A DNA stretch of 64,000 nt from a bacterium (GCA_043798995.1 JAZDOD010000010.1:845-64844), one strand, 5' to 3'. Positions 1 through 9,854 are shown, counted from the first letter of the stretch. A program made the numbers and translations. The notes: generated by a model from the letters alone, not told the origin.

Positions 1-522
1 GCAGTGACGATGATAGTTGATTTGGGCGCTGTGACCACCAATATTTCAATTGTTGAAAAGGGCATTCCGCTTATTAACCGCAGCATTGATGTCGGCGGCA
101 AATCAATGACCAAAGCCATTGCCGATAGCTTGGAGATTACTTTTGCTCGCGCCGAACAATTTAAGCAGGACATCGGCATCGGCGGCGGCTCGGTTTCGGA
201 AACTGTCCCGGCCACCATTGAATCAGCCATTGCCCCGATTATTGATGAAGTAAAATACAGTCTGAATTTTTATCAGAACCAGAGTTTTTCTCTGGAGGAA
301 AAAGTTGATGAAGAAAAAAAAGTTGAGAAGATTATTCTGACCGGCGGGTCGTCGCTTCTCCTAAATTTAGCCGATTATTTTGTTAAGACCGTGGGAATTA
401 AGACTTATTTGGGCGATCCTTGGGCTATGATTTCTTATCCCGAGGAACTTAAGGATGTTTTGGGGGAAATTGGTCCTAAATTAAGCGTGGCAATCGGCCT
501 GGCAATGAGAGACATTGAGTAG
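1..522 (+). CDS. pilM: Type IV pilus assembly protein PilM, C-terminal part (5' end lies outside the window)
   Basis: Open frame from base 1. The C-terminal actin-like ATPase fold ('ILTGGSSLLLNLADYF...IGLAMR') is typical of PilM/FtsA. It sits in a T4P locus, with pilN/O/B/C downstream. Confidence 0.6.
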   Translation, partial: AVTMIVDLGAVTTNISIVEKGIPLINRSIDVGGKSMTKAIADSLEITFARAEQFKQDIGIGGGSVSETVPATIESAIAPIIDEVKYSLNFYQNQSFSLEEKVDEEKKVEKIILTGGSSLLLNLADYFVKTVGIKTYLGDPWAMISYPEELKDVLGEIGPKLSVAIGLAMRDIE

Positions 523-584
523 AATTGAAAATTTACCAGTAAATTTTCAAATTTAAATTTCTAATTTTCAATTTTTTTCTTTAT

Positions 585-711
585 GTCATTGCGACAGCCT
601 GTCCAGAAACTGCCGAATCATACTCTACTGTCATTCCTGCGAAAGCAGGAATCCAGAAAAATAAGATAAATTTCAGATATTCTGGATTCCGCATCAAGTG
701 CGGAATGACAG
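585..711. repeat. MITE-like hairpin element, GTCAT...ATGAC family (copy E1)
   Basis: Termini are 'gtcattgcgacagcc' and 'ggaatgacag'. Internal palindromes are 'gtcattcctgcgaaagcaggaatccaga' and 'tctggattccgcatcaagtgcggaatgac'. It is related to the copies at 36113, 36668 and 49962. The ORF-track ATG at 705 lies inside this repeat. Confidence 0.7.
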
Positions 712-812
712 TTTATAGACAGGCTGGCGGCAATCTCACGGGAAGCTGCAGGCTGACCCGTGTTCGCTGGTCACTAATGCTCCCGCTGAGAATTTTGAAT
801 TTGGTTAAGCTT

Positions 813-3800
813 ATGTTTTCTAAAAATACAGACAAAAAATTTTATAAAAAGAAAATATATTTGCTAACTTTTGGTTTTTTAATTGGTTTTGGTTTTTTTC
901 TTTTGGCTAAGACGGCACTAGCTCAATTCGGCCTGGAATACGCCACGGCTTCTGGCTTGGGTACGCGCGGACTTAAACAAACTGTTTTTACCGTCATTAA
1001 TGTTCTCTTGGGTTTCTTGGGCATTGTGGCCCTCGTTATTGTGATGTATGGCGGTTTTGTTTGGATGACAGCCGGCGGCAATCAGGAAAAGGTTTCGCGA
1101 GCCAAGAAAATTTTATTAAATGGCTTAATTGGCCTGCTTTTAATTTTAACTTCTTGGGGGATTGCCAATTTTGTTTTGGGCCAGCTTTGGGGAGCAACCG
1201 GCGGTGGCGGACCAACCCCGGGTTCGCCTTGTGATTGCGTGACAGAACTTGGAATTTGTTCCGGGTGTTTGCGTTGTCAGAATACAGGCGGACCGGGTGT
1301 TTGCACCTGGCAGAATGATGTAACTTGCGACCCGACTTGTTTTGGCTTGCCCGGCGCCAAGACCTTTTACGCTCAAAAATTCCAGCCAACTTCGCCGCCG
1401 GATGCCATTCGCAACGCTGTAGTCAGAATTACCTTTAAAGGAGTAAATACTTCAAGCCAGCCCGGAGCCATTAATTATGGTACGAACTTTTCCGTGATAG
1501 ATGTGACCGGCGGTAATGTTTTAGTCAATCCTGATGCGGCCGGTAGTTATCCTAAGGTGGTTGGCAACCGCTTGGAATTTAAGCCCGACACTAACTGTCC
1601 GCCGCCCAATGCCAGTTATAAATGTTTTAATAGCAATAATGATTATCAAATTGTTATTAGTAATTTACCGCCCAACACCGCCGTGATTTCCAATACGGCC
1701 GGCATTAATATTAATTGTATTTTAGGAGCTGGCTGCCAAGCTAATTTTCGCACCAATGATATTGTTGACACCACGCCGCCGCAGATCAGCGTTTCAACTT
1801 TAAGCCAAATTTGCGCCGGTACAACCAATACGGTTTATGCCAATGGCAAAGATGATTCTGGCATTGCTTATGTTGAATTTTATTACGACGATGGCAGCGG
1901 CGACGCTTTAATTGATACTGATAATGCACCAAACTGTCTTGGTGTACCACCTAATGTTAATTGTTCAGCCCAGGTTAATTGGGATACTTCAGGAGACCCT
2001 GATCTGGTGGCCGGCGGTACCGCCTTTCTCAAAGCCAAAGCTATGGATTTGGATTCCAATGAAGGTAATTCAGCCAATTATAAAGTGACTTTGCGGGCGG
2101 CTCATTGCTGTAACAGCATTCAAGATATGGATGAAGAAGCGATTGATTGCGGCGGAACCGACTGCGCGGCTTGCGCCGGCGCTAATTGCGATATTGATAT
2201 GCCAACCCCGGGCTGCCAACCTGACGATATGGTTTGCGCTTCAATTTTTTGCGATCCAAGTCCTGGCCCGAACGAGTGCAAATGCCAGCAGCCGCCGATT
2301 ATTGACTGGGTCCAGCCGGCCGGTGGTTTTTGCGACGGCTCAATCAATACTCCGTGCAACGATAATGCTGATTGTTCTACTTTTATTCCTAATACATGCA
2401 ATAATACCGATCCTAATGGCCGGCCGGGTAATTTTGTCACCATCGGCGGCAGATTTTTTGGCACGACATCCGGCACGGTTAATTTTAGAGGAGCCGCTGG
2501 CTGGATTATGGCTCTTCCCCCTATTTCAGTTAATCCGGCCTGTCCTCCTGACACTTGGACTGATCACGAGATTGTGGTAGCCGTGCCTAACGGGGTAGTT
2601 AATGGCCCTATTCAAGTTGAAACAGCCGCCGGTTATACTGACCAGACCGCCGATACGCGCGGACCGCTGGTTCCTGATTTTCTTGTTAATACTATTACTC
2701 GTCCCGGGCTTTGCCAGGCCGCGCCAAATAGCGGCCCTTACGCTACCTTAGTTAATTTGACCGGTGTGCGTTTTGGCCCGGCTGCAACTTCTCGGACCAT
2801 AGAATTTGGCAATGAAACGAGTTTTGTGCCCGGAGAAAACATTAACTGGATAAATAACGAAAACGCTAATGTTACCGTGCCTAATCTTCGGCCGGCAGAT
2901 GTCGGGCTTAGGATTAAAACAGATGATATTTACAGCAATTATTTGTCGTTTAGGGTTTTGCCCGGCACGGCCGGTGGGCCGTATATTTCTTATCTTGACC
3001 CTGTTAGCGGGCCGGTCGGACAATACATGACGATTTTTGGCGGTAATTTTGGCAATCAAGTAGGCACGGTTAAGTTTATTGATGGCGGCGCAAATGAAGT
3101 TAACGCCGATGTTAATTTTCCCAGCGAGTGTTTAAATAATTTTTGGCACAATAATTATATTATTGTCAAAGTGCCCAGTGCGGCCGGAGTAAACGACGTA
3201 AAAGTTATCACCCAAGCCGGCAAAGAAAGTAATGTTGTACCATTCACCATAACAGCCGGCACTCCTGGGCCGGGCATTTGCGCTCTGATTCCTGATAACG
3301 GTCCGGTTGGCACAACAGTTGATTTTTTTGGCGATAATTTTGGCGGAGCCCTGGGCCAGATAATTTTTCATAATAGTGTTTCCGCCCCCATTACCTCGTG
3401 GGCTAACCAGTCAATTAAGAGTTCAGTTCCTTTAGGCGCGGTAACCGGCCCGGTTTTTGCCCGCCGTGGCGGTCAGCCGTCAAATCAAGTGCCTTTCCGG
3501 GTCGGAGCTTGTCAGGATTCTTCCCAATGCCAAGCGGGCGAGGAGTGCTGCGAGGACAAGACCTGCAGGATAACTTGTCCGGAAAAAGTGGAAGCAATCT
3601 ACGGCTGGAGCTTTACCACCGGCGATTATTTTGTGGCTCAAAATTGTATTCGGGACATAGAGATTCCCGCGACCGGGCCAAAAGGCGGCAATATTTGCGT
3701 TAATGCCCAAATTGCCGTGCGTTTTACCACTACAGTTAATGATGCTTCTGTGCCACCTAATGTTGTAGTTGAAAGATGTGATAATGATGAATGCACTACG

Positions 3801-6800
3801 GTAAGTCCAGTTGCCGGAAATGTGACTATGGTTACTTTAGCCACCGATCCGGTGACTGAGGGCTTTACTTTTACGCCCAGCATTATAGTTTTATTTGATA
3901 CAAACACAACTTATCGCGTGACGCTCCGGGGCGGACCCGGCGGCATTGAAGACGAAAGCGGCACGCCGCTTATTGATGATTTTTCCTGGACTTTTAAAAC
4001 CAGAAACGACGGCCGCCAATGCGAGATTGATAAAATCAATGTGGCGCCGAATAATTCTAAATTAGTGCTGATGGGCGCTACCCAGGACTACGTGGCTCTT
4101 ATTACGGCCAAAGAAGATCCCTGCCTTTTGATTGATCCCAAGGGCTATACTTGGGCTTGGGAGTCAAGCAAACCCGAAGTTGCTCAAATTTCTGGGTTTA
4201 CTGTCAATACTGCTACAGCTGTGGCTATGGGAGCTGGTTCGACCGATATCATTGCCAAAATTCCTTCAGAAAATAAATCAGGTAAAGCCATCCTCACGGT
4301 TGATCTTTCCGGCCTCCAGGTTTTAAACGCCGTGCCTAAATGCGATACAACCTGCACCAATGCCCAGATTAGGGCGCGCTTTAGCAACTGGGTTGATGAC
4401 AATACTTTGGCCGGCAATCTTTTTATCTATCAGTGCCCGAATAAGGTCTGCGGTTCAGGTTTTACGCCCGTGGCTTTGAACGGCGCCAATCCTTATGATT
4501 ATTTCTGGAATGGTTTGACCGGCGATTCGCTTTTGGACATTAATCAGGCCGCTAATTTTAACCCCAATACTTTTTATCGGGTGATTATCAAAGGCGGCCC
4601 AGCCGGTATTAAAAATTATTTAGGCGGGGGACTTTCTAATCCGAATTATAAATCATCCGCGGGCGAGGAATGCGAACCACCCGGTTTCCCGGGTTGTAGT
4701 GCGAGTTGTTTACACACCAGCGGCGAATGTACGCCTGGCTCTTTAGGTTGTAATGGCGCAGGGCTTCATACCGGTTCAATCGGTTCAAGCTGCGGCAATG
4801 GCGCGGTTGAGCCGGCACGGGGAGAAAATTGCGATCCTAGCGCTCCTGGCTATGGGCCAAGTGGTTGTGATAGTACAACATGTTTACTCAAAGGTAGTAT
4901 TTTTCCAGCTATTTGTGGCGACAGTTCCACGCCGGATAGGGTTCACGGTGAGGCCTGCGATGATAGAAATCAGACAGCCGGCGACGGTTGTTCGCCAAAA
5001 TGTTTGCGCGAAGGCACAGTGGCGCCAATTTGCGGCGATGGAAATATTGATCTTGGCGAGGACTGCGATGATGGAAATATTACTAACGGCGATGGCTGTT
5101 CGGCTAAATGCCTTGCTGAAGGAGCGATCGGCTCGGTTTGCGGCGACAGAAGAGTCGGCCTTGGCGAGGATTGCGACGACGGCAATACTGCGCCAAATGA
5201 CGGCTGTTCAGGCAGTTGTTTAAGCGAAGGCGCAACTGGTTTGGCAGTTTGCGGCAATAATGTAGTTGAAGATGGCAAAATTAATGATAGCTATTCCTGG
5301 GTTTTTGGCGTGGGCAATGCCATTTGTCAGCCCTTGCGAAGCGAAGTGGTACCAGCTAACCTTACCACCATTATAGGCAAAACCATAGATTATTTGGCTA
5401 ATGTTTATAGCTTGGCTGATGAATGCTCGCCCACAGGGCAATTATTGGATGCCGACGATTATCCTTGGGAGTGGACAACTAACAATGCTTTTGTGGCCGA
5501 TTTTGATCCGCCGCTTCCATTACCGCCTCATCCTCCGCGAGAAACGGTCAAAACCCTGAACGTTGGCAATGCCCAGATTTGCGCTTCGGCTGACACAACA
5601 ACGCCTCCGGATGGAACTTATGATCTTCAGGACTGCGCTGATATTGTGGTGCAAAATCCGGGCCCTCGGCGTTGCCAGCAATCGGGCAATGCTTGCTGTG
5701 CCAATGGCGTATCAAGTTGCGAGCCGGCTTATAAATGTCTGGAAAATCAGAGCTTGCCAGCTTGCCCTTGGTCGCCCGGCTTTTTTCAGGATTGCCTTTG
5801 TTGTTGCGATCCAACGGATGATAAGTGTCCGGCCCCGCTTTCCTGCTACGCTGACAAAGCTCCTTGCGCGGGCGCTAACCGCGGACTTTGCTGCGGCTGT
5901 AAGCAAGACAGCGAATGCCCTGACCCGATAGGTGAGGGCTGCGGCAGTGACAAGTGTTGCCATAGCCGTCCGGCCGTTGCAGCTACTCTGCCGGCGAATA
6001 ATGATGCCAATATCTGTCGCAATCTTAAAATCAGAGTTGACTTTGATCCGCTTGAGCCAATGCAGACCTCAAGTTTTGTTGGTAAAGTAGAAATGATAAA
6101 AATGAGCGACAGCAGTGCAGTTAAAGGGATGACTTCTTCAGCCGGTAACACTATTTTATATTTTAGTCCACAAAGTATTTTAGAACCACAAACCCAATAT
6201 CGCGTTACGATTAAAAAGGAGGTCTTAAGCATTTATAAAGTAGCAATGGCGGCTGATTATATTTTTTCCTTTACTACAGGCGATATCATCTGTGAGGCCG
6301 ATTATTTAAAAGTTTCAATCCAGCATGATGCCGATCTTTTTGTCACAACTAATAAAGATCTTTTCACTTGCGCCAAGACCAGCGGTTGTATCGATGATAC
6401 CAATACAACCATCTTGCCTCCTGATATACCTGACAATCAGCACCTTTATTTAGCCGAAGCCATGGATATGACCGGCGTGGTTTTAACCGGCTATGATTAT
6501 AATTGGCAGACCACTGACCCCGATGATATTGTTAATCCTAATACTTGGGCTTTAAATTCAATTACCGTTACGGCTAATAATAAAAAAGGCCGGACGACCT
6601 ATAATGTTAAGGCTACGCCACAACTCACTTCTGGCAATACCGCCGCTGTTTCTAACTATGTTTATGTGACTAACTTTATTTGCGAGAATCCTTGGCCGGC
6701 GGTTAATAATTGGCCTTGGATTGATGATTCGGTTTTAAATCCAAATTCAATTTGCAATACCCCCGGTTGCTTTAACGTTAATACTCAATTCCAAATAATG

Positions 6801-6923
6801 TATTGCCGCGATGCTGGCGGCCCGGGCCCAGCCGATGATCTGCCGGAGTTAAAATGGGATCCGCCGCTCATTCCCGGCCAAAGCGGAAATCTTCTCAAAG
6901 AATTTTATTTTGTGGTACCGTAG
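813..6923 (+). CDS. Giant (~2,035 aa) secreted/membrane-anchored cysteine-rich surface protein. It has an N-terminal signal peptide plus two hydrophobic helices (VirB2/TrbC-like topology), IPT/TIG-like beta domains, about 5 tandem 'Myxococcus cysteine-rich repeat' units (CGDG..GEDCDDGN..DGCS.KC) and Cys-rich EGF-like modules
   Basis: Long ORF. The likely true start is the ATG at 813 (MFSKNTDKK...), because the upstream ATG at 705 is inside repeat E1. Repeats 'ICGDGNIDLGEDCDDGNITNGDGCSAKCLAEG' recur about 5 times around 4,900-5,270. There is no stop codon for 6.1 kb. Confidence 0.75.
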   Translation: MFSKNTDKKFYKKKIYLLTFGFLIGFGFFLLAKTALAQFGLEYATASGLGTRGLKQTVFTVINVLLGFLGIVALVIVMYGGFVWMTAGGNQEKVSRAKKILLNGLIGLLLILTSWGIANFVLGQLWGATGGGGPTPGSPCDCVTELGICSGCLRCQNTGGPGVCTWQNDVTCDPTCFGLPGAKTFYAQKFQPTSPPDAIRNAVVRITFKGVNTSSQPGAINYGTNFSVIDVTGGNVLVNPDAAGSYPKVVGNRLEFKPDTNCPPPNASYKCFNSNNDYQIVISNLPPNTAVISNTAGININCILGAGCQANFRTNDIVDTTPPQISVSTLSQICAGTTNTVYANGKDDSGIAYVEFYYDDGSGDALIDTDNAPNCLGVPPNVNCSAQVNWDTSGDPDLVAGGTAFLKAKAMDLDSNEGNSANYKVTLRAAHCCNSIQDMDEEAIDCGGTDCAACAGANCDIDMPTPGCQPDDMVCASIFCDPSPGPNECKCQQPPIIDWVQPAGGFCDGSINTPCNDNADCSTFIPNTCNNTDPNGRPGNFVTIGGRFFGTTSGTVNFRGAAGWIMALPPISVNPACPPDTWTDHEIVVAVPNGVVNGPIQVETAAGYTDQTADTRGPLVPDFLVNTITRPGLCQAAPNSGPYATLVNLTGVRFGPAATSRTIEFGNETSFVPGENINWINNENANVTVPNLRPADVGLRIKTDDIYSNYLSFRVLPGTAGGPYISYLDPVSGPVGQYMTIFGGNFGNQVGTVKFIDGGANEVNADVNFPSECLNNFWHNNYIIVKVPSAAGVNDVKVITQAGKESNVVPFTITAGTPGPGICALIPDNGPVGTTVDFFGDNFGGALGQIIFHNSVSAPITSWANQSIKSSVPLGAVTGPVFARRGGQPSNQVPFRVGACQDSSQCQAGEECCEDKTCRITCPEKVEAIYGWSFTTGDYFVAQNCIRDIEIPATGPKGGNICVNAQIAVRFTTTVNDASVPPNVVVERCDNDECTTVSPVAGNVTMVTLATDPVTEGFTFTPSIIVLFDTNTTYRVTLRGGPGGIEDESGTPLIDDFSWTFKTRNDGRQCEIDKINVAPNNSKLVLMGATQDYVALITAKEDPCLLIDPKGYTWAWESSKPEVAQISGFTVNTATAVAMGAGSTDIIAKIPSENKSGKAILTVDLSGLQVLNAVPKCDTTCTNAQIRARFSNWVDDNTLAGNLFIYQCPNKVCGSGFTPVALNGANPYDYFWNGLTGDSLLDINQAANFNPNTFYRVIIKGGPAGIKNYLGGGLSNPNYKSSAGEECEPPGFPGCSASCLHTSGECTPGSLGCNGAGLHTGSIGSSCGNGAVEPARGENCDPSAPGYGPSGCDSTTCLLKGSIFPAICGDSSTPDRVHGEACDDRNQTAGDGCSPKCLREGTVAPICGDGNIDLGEDCDDGNITNGDGCSAKCLAEGAIGSVCGDRRVGLGEDCDDGNTAPNDGCSGSCLSEGATGLAVCGNNVVEDGKINDSYSWVFGVGNAICQPLRSEVVPANLTTIIGKTIDYLANVYSLADECSPTGQLLDADDYPWEWTTNNAFVADFDPPLPLPPHPPRETVKTLNVGNAQICASADTTTPPDGTYDLQDCADIVVQNPGPRRCQQSGNACCANGVSSCEPAYKCLENQSLPACPWSPGFFQDCLCCCDPTDDKCPAPLSCYADKAPCAGANRGLCCGCKQDSECPDPIGEGCGSDKCCHSRPAVAATLPANNDANICRNLKIRVDFDPLEPMQTSSFVGKVEMIKMSDSSAVKGMTSSAGNTILYFSPQSILEPQTQYRVTIKKEVLSIYKVAMAADYIFSFTTGDIICEADYLKVSIQHDADLFVTTNKDLFTCAKTSGCIDDTNTTILPPDIPDNQHLYLAEAMDMTGVVLTGYDYNWQTTDPDDIVNPNTWALNSITVTANNKKGRTTYNVKATPQLTSGNTAAVSNYVYVTNFICENPWPAVNNWPWIDDSVLNPNSICNTPGCFNVNTQFQIMYCRDAGGPGPADDLPELKWDPPLIPGQSGNLLKEFYFVVP

Positions 6924-6967
6924 TTCGTCATTCTGATCCGCCAGTTGGCGGAGAAGAATCCCGAACA
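6924..6967. repeat. Short hairpin element 'ttcgtcattctga-ccgccagttggcgg-agaagaatcccgaaca' (GTCATTCTGA sub-family)
   Basis: Shares both end motifs with the B units at 7289-7331 and 7411-7452. It has a central palindrome 'ccgccagttggcgg'. Confidence 0.65.
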
Positions 6968-6972
6968 GTTTT

Positions 6973-7260
6973 ATGAAAGAGAACTTTTATGTTTACATTG
7001 CCACCAATAAACGAAATACCGTTTTTTATACTGGGATAACCAGTGATTTGGCAAAAAGAATGTGGCAACATAAACAGAAAGAGGTCAAAGGTTTTACTAG
7101 TAAATATAACATTAACAAATTAGTCTATTACGAGATATTTTCCAATCCCCAAGAGGCAATAGCAGCTGAAAAGAAAATCAAAGGTTGGACAAGAAAAAAG
7201 AAGATTGATTTAATCAAAGAGATTAATCCTGAATTTAAAGATTTGTCAGAAGAACTATAA
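6973..7260 (+). CDS. GIY-YIG nuclease family protein (UPF0213-like, 95 aa)
   Basis: 'FYVYIATNKRNTVFYTGITSDLAKRMWQHK...GFTSKYNINKLVYYE' matches the GIY-YIG catalytic module. The gene is bracketed by repeat elements on both sides. Confidence 0.8.
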   Translation: MKENFYVYIATNKRNTVFYTGITSDLAKRMWQHKQKEVKGFTSKYNINKLVYYEIFSNPQEAIAAEKKIKGWTRKKKIDLIKEINPEFKDLSEEL

Positions 7261-7495
7261 TGAGATCCTTCACTGCGTTCAGGATGACTACTTTTTTCGT
7301 CATTCTGAGCGGAGCGAAGAATCCCGAACAACATTAAAGGGGATCCTTCACTGCGTTCAGGATGACAAGAGAAGATGTTCAGGATGACAAGAGAAGATGC
7401 GTAGGATGACTACTTTTTTCGTCATTCTGAGCGGAGCGAAGAATCCCGAACAAGATCGGATGGGATCCTTCACTTCGTTCAGGATGACCACCCTC
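7261..7495. repeat. Composite array of two repeat units: A = 'gatccttcactgcgttcaggatgac' (x3), B = 'tacttttttcgtcattctgagcggagcgaagaatcccgaaca' (x2)
   Basis: Direct sequence repetition at 7264/7342/7466 (A) and 7289/7411 (B). The ORF-track ORFs 7128..7334(-) and 7357..7590(-) are translations of these repeats and are not called as genes. Confidence 0.75.
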
Positions 7496-7510
7496 AGCAC
7501 AAGATAGTCA

Positions 7511-9763
7511 TTGGCCCTATTGGGCAAAAGTAAATTTATCCATTCTATGTTAGTAAGACAAAAAACCAAACGAAAAAAATTAATGCGCAAAAATCGTTCA
7601 CAACTATTATTAGTTGTTAGTTGTATGTTGTTAGCATTATTGGTTGGTTTTGGTTTTTACTATCTTAACCTTAATTTTAAAAATTTTATCTTCTCAGCCC
7701 CCGCCCAGGCCCAAACCGAAAGCGCCCTGGCCATTCGCGTCTTCAAAAATCCCGACCACCTCTCGCCCGAACAATGGTACAAGGAAAATGTGCCTCACCC
7801 AAGCAATCCGCAGTCAACCGTGATTGATGGCTATCAAGCCATCCGCGATGGCCGCAGCATTTATGTCTCGGCCGCCAACTTAAACACCGTTGACAACCAG
7901 CTTCACTCCAACATTTATTTAATTTCCTACAGCGAAGGCGCTTCTACTGCCGCCCAAAAGATTTTTGAGGGAGTTTTGGCTAATTGGCAGTTTAACAGCA
8001 ATATACCGCCTAATAATGCAGGCAAAGTTTGCTCCAATGATTACACCACGGTCTGCAGCCAGGATAAGGATTGTCCCACAGGCGAAACTTGCTTAAACAT
8101 TGAGCCCAAACCCCGCCTCACCCGCGACGTGAAGCGACTGGCTGATCTCCAAGATATCCGCCAAGAACTGGAAGATTACAATTATCAAGCCGGCTCTTTT
8201 CCGACTTTAAGCTCCGGCACTTACATTCCCAAACTTTCTTTTTCCGTCTGGCCCAGCTGGGAAAAAACTTTGGGGCAAAACTTGGGTTCAACCTTACCCG
8301 CTGATCCAATTAACCGATTGATGGGCTGTACTAATCCGTATGACCCAACCACTTGTTGGGATAACAAATCTTTAGCTTTTCAGTGCCCCGGCAACTATTA
8401 CATTTATGCCTACCGATCGCCAACTCTTTCCGGCGACCAAGCCAAACTTTACACCAAATTAGAATACCGCGATCAAACCTGGGCCTCAACTTTAGATATT
8501 TTAACTAACCCCCAAGAATTATTAGATAATATATTAGCTAAGTGTCTGCTTAATTTTGGCCAAAATACCAATGATTATGATAATGATACTGTGCCTAACG
8601 GCGATGATAATTGTCCGACCATTCCTAATACGACCCAAACTGATTCAGAAGTTCCAATAAAAGACGGTATTGGCGATGCCTGCGACGCCTGCCCCAATGA
8701 CGCGCAAAACGACCAGGACAACGACGGTTATTGCCTCGGGCTGGCCAGTTTAGTTTTTGGCGACAAAAAAAGCAATGACAATTGCCCCACTATTTACAAT
8801 CCCAGCCAGCAGGAAAATCCAGCTATCCCAGGCACGGGTTTGGCTTGCTCGCGCTGTCAGGACGCTGATAGTGACAGCTATTGCTCTTATGCGACCGGCG
8901 GCGATGATTGTGATGACACAAAGGCTGATATTCACCCAGGCGCGCCAGAATTTTTCAATGGCCTTGATGATAACTGCGACGGCCGGATTGACGAATGCGA
9001 AAAAACAGTCGGCTTTAATGTTACCACGTCATTCGGCACGACTCAAGTAGCCCAGGCTTTTAGCTTGGACAAAGACGTCGAAGATCTTTACTCTTATGCC
9101 AGCGCCTCTGCTTATATATTTGAGTTTGATTATAATAAAGATGGCTGGGCTGATTGGTATCAAAGTCAAGCGAGCAATATTTTTATTTATCATAGCCGGA
9201 TCAGCAATCGTCTTTATTTAGGAATAATTCATAATATGGAACAGGGGGGCACTGGCACTGCTGATCTTGGCTTTTCAGGCCTGCCAGCTGACGCCACCTT
9301 TGTGATTAAGGATGACCCCAACCACGCCCCCGATACTTATAGCTTAACTCAAATTACACATGGCTGGAGCAAAAATAGCGACGGCGCCATAATTGACTTG
9401 GGGCCAGCCAGCCGGCCTTGGACAATCACTATTACCAACAATGGTTTTGGTGGCGTCGGTCCCGACCCGATTAATAAGTGGCGCCTGGCTTATCCGCGCT
9501 TCAACGGCATTAACTATATTGGTTTAGATATGGCCGCCGCCTCCTGGGTCAGGTTAGAATACGGCGGCAGCTTGAACCAGTCCATTCCCTGTTATAATGG
9601 CCCAGCGGGGACCGAAGATGTCGGGATTTGCCATGGAGGGTTTGCCACCTGTCAACTAACCGGGCTTTTAGGGACGTGCGTGGGTGAGGTTGTGCCCCAG
9701 ATAGAAAAATGCGGCAATGGCATTGATGAAGATTGCAATGGCTCTGATCTTGTTTGTGCATAA
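7511..9763 (+). CDS. Secreted cysteine-rich protein with thrombospondin-type-3-like Ca-binding repeats (DNDTVPNGDDNCP.., DQDNDGYC) and MopE-like 'putative metal-binding' CxxC...DDCDD..PGA.E.CDG.D motifs
   Basis: N-terminal hydrophobic segment after a basic stretch (start may be the internal Met at 7547 or 7583). The TSP3-like aspartate-rich repeats and the terminal 'CGNGIDEDCNGSD' are read directly from the translation. Confidence 0.6.
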   Translation: MALLGKSKFIHSMLVRQKTKRKKLMRKNRSQLLLVVSCMLLALLVGFGFYYLNLNFKNFIFSAPAQAQTESALAIRVFKNPDHLSPEQWYKENVPHPSNPQSTVIDGYQAIRDGRSIYVSAANLNTVDNQLHSNIYLISYSEGASTAAQKIFEGVLANWQFNSNIPPNNAGKVCSNDYTTVCSQDKDCPTGETCLNIEPKPRLTRDVKRLADLQDIRQELEDYNYQAGSFPTLSSGTYIPKLSFSVWPSWEKTLGQNLGSTLPADPINRLMGCTNPYDPTTCWDNKSLAFQCPGNYYIYAYRSPTLSGDQAKLYTKLEYRDQTWASTLDILTNPQELLDNILAKCLLNFGQNTNDYDNDTVPNGDDNCPTIPNTTQTDSEVPIKDGIGDACDACPNDAQNDQDNDGYCLGLASLVFGDKKSNDNCPTIYNPSQQENPAIPGTGLACSRCQDADSDSYCSYATGGDDCDDTKADIHPGAPEFFNGLDDNCDGRIDECEKTVGFNVTTSFGTTQVAQAFSLDKDVEDLYSYASASAYIFEFDYNKDGWADWYQSQASNIFIYHSRISNRLYLGIIHNMEQGGTGTADLGFSGLPADATFVIKDDPNHAPDTYSLTQITHGWSKNSDGAIIDLGPASRPWTITITNNGFGGVGPDPINKWRLAYPRFNGINYIGLDMAAASWVRLEYGGSLNQSIPCYNGPAGTEDVGICHGGFATCQLTGLLGTCVGEVVPQIEKCGNGIDEDCNGSDLVCA

Positions 9764-9854
9764 GTTCACATTCAGTGTTTTAATTTTTAGTTACTTTGAG
9801 GTATAATAATAAAAAGATGTTTTTAAAAACTTTAAGCCTTATAGTAGATTTACT

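Noticed and set aside
705-812. ORF-track start codon at 705 for the 6-kb gene
   Set aside because: The ATG at 705 is the 'ggaATGacag' terminus of repeat copy E1, and the encoded N-terminal 36 residues are repeat-derived. The in-frame ATG at 813 precedes a canonical hydrophobic signal sequence.
1036-6232. Numerous antisense or alternative-frame ORFs (60-156 aa) inside the two giant genes and other long CDSs
   Set aside because: They are embedded in much longer ORFs that carry clear repeat or domain structure, and they have no independent signals. The same reasoning applies to 23431..23778, 24438..24752, 26049..26612, 28341..28818, 45744..46118 and 47196..47789.
7261-7495. Possible CRISPR array, because of regularly repeated 25- and 43-bp units
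   Set aside because: Two different units alternate, and the spacers ('aagagaagatgttc' x2) are themselves repeated. There are no cas genes and the units are palindromic MITE-like modules, so this is not a CRISPR locus.
7128-7590. Minus-strand ORFs 7128..7334 and 7357..7590
   Set aside because: They are translations of the A/B hairpin repeat array (…LRSAQNDEKSSHPERSEG…). They have no RBS or start context, and one overlaps the GIY-YIG gene on the opposite strand.
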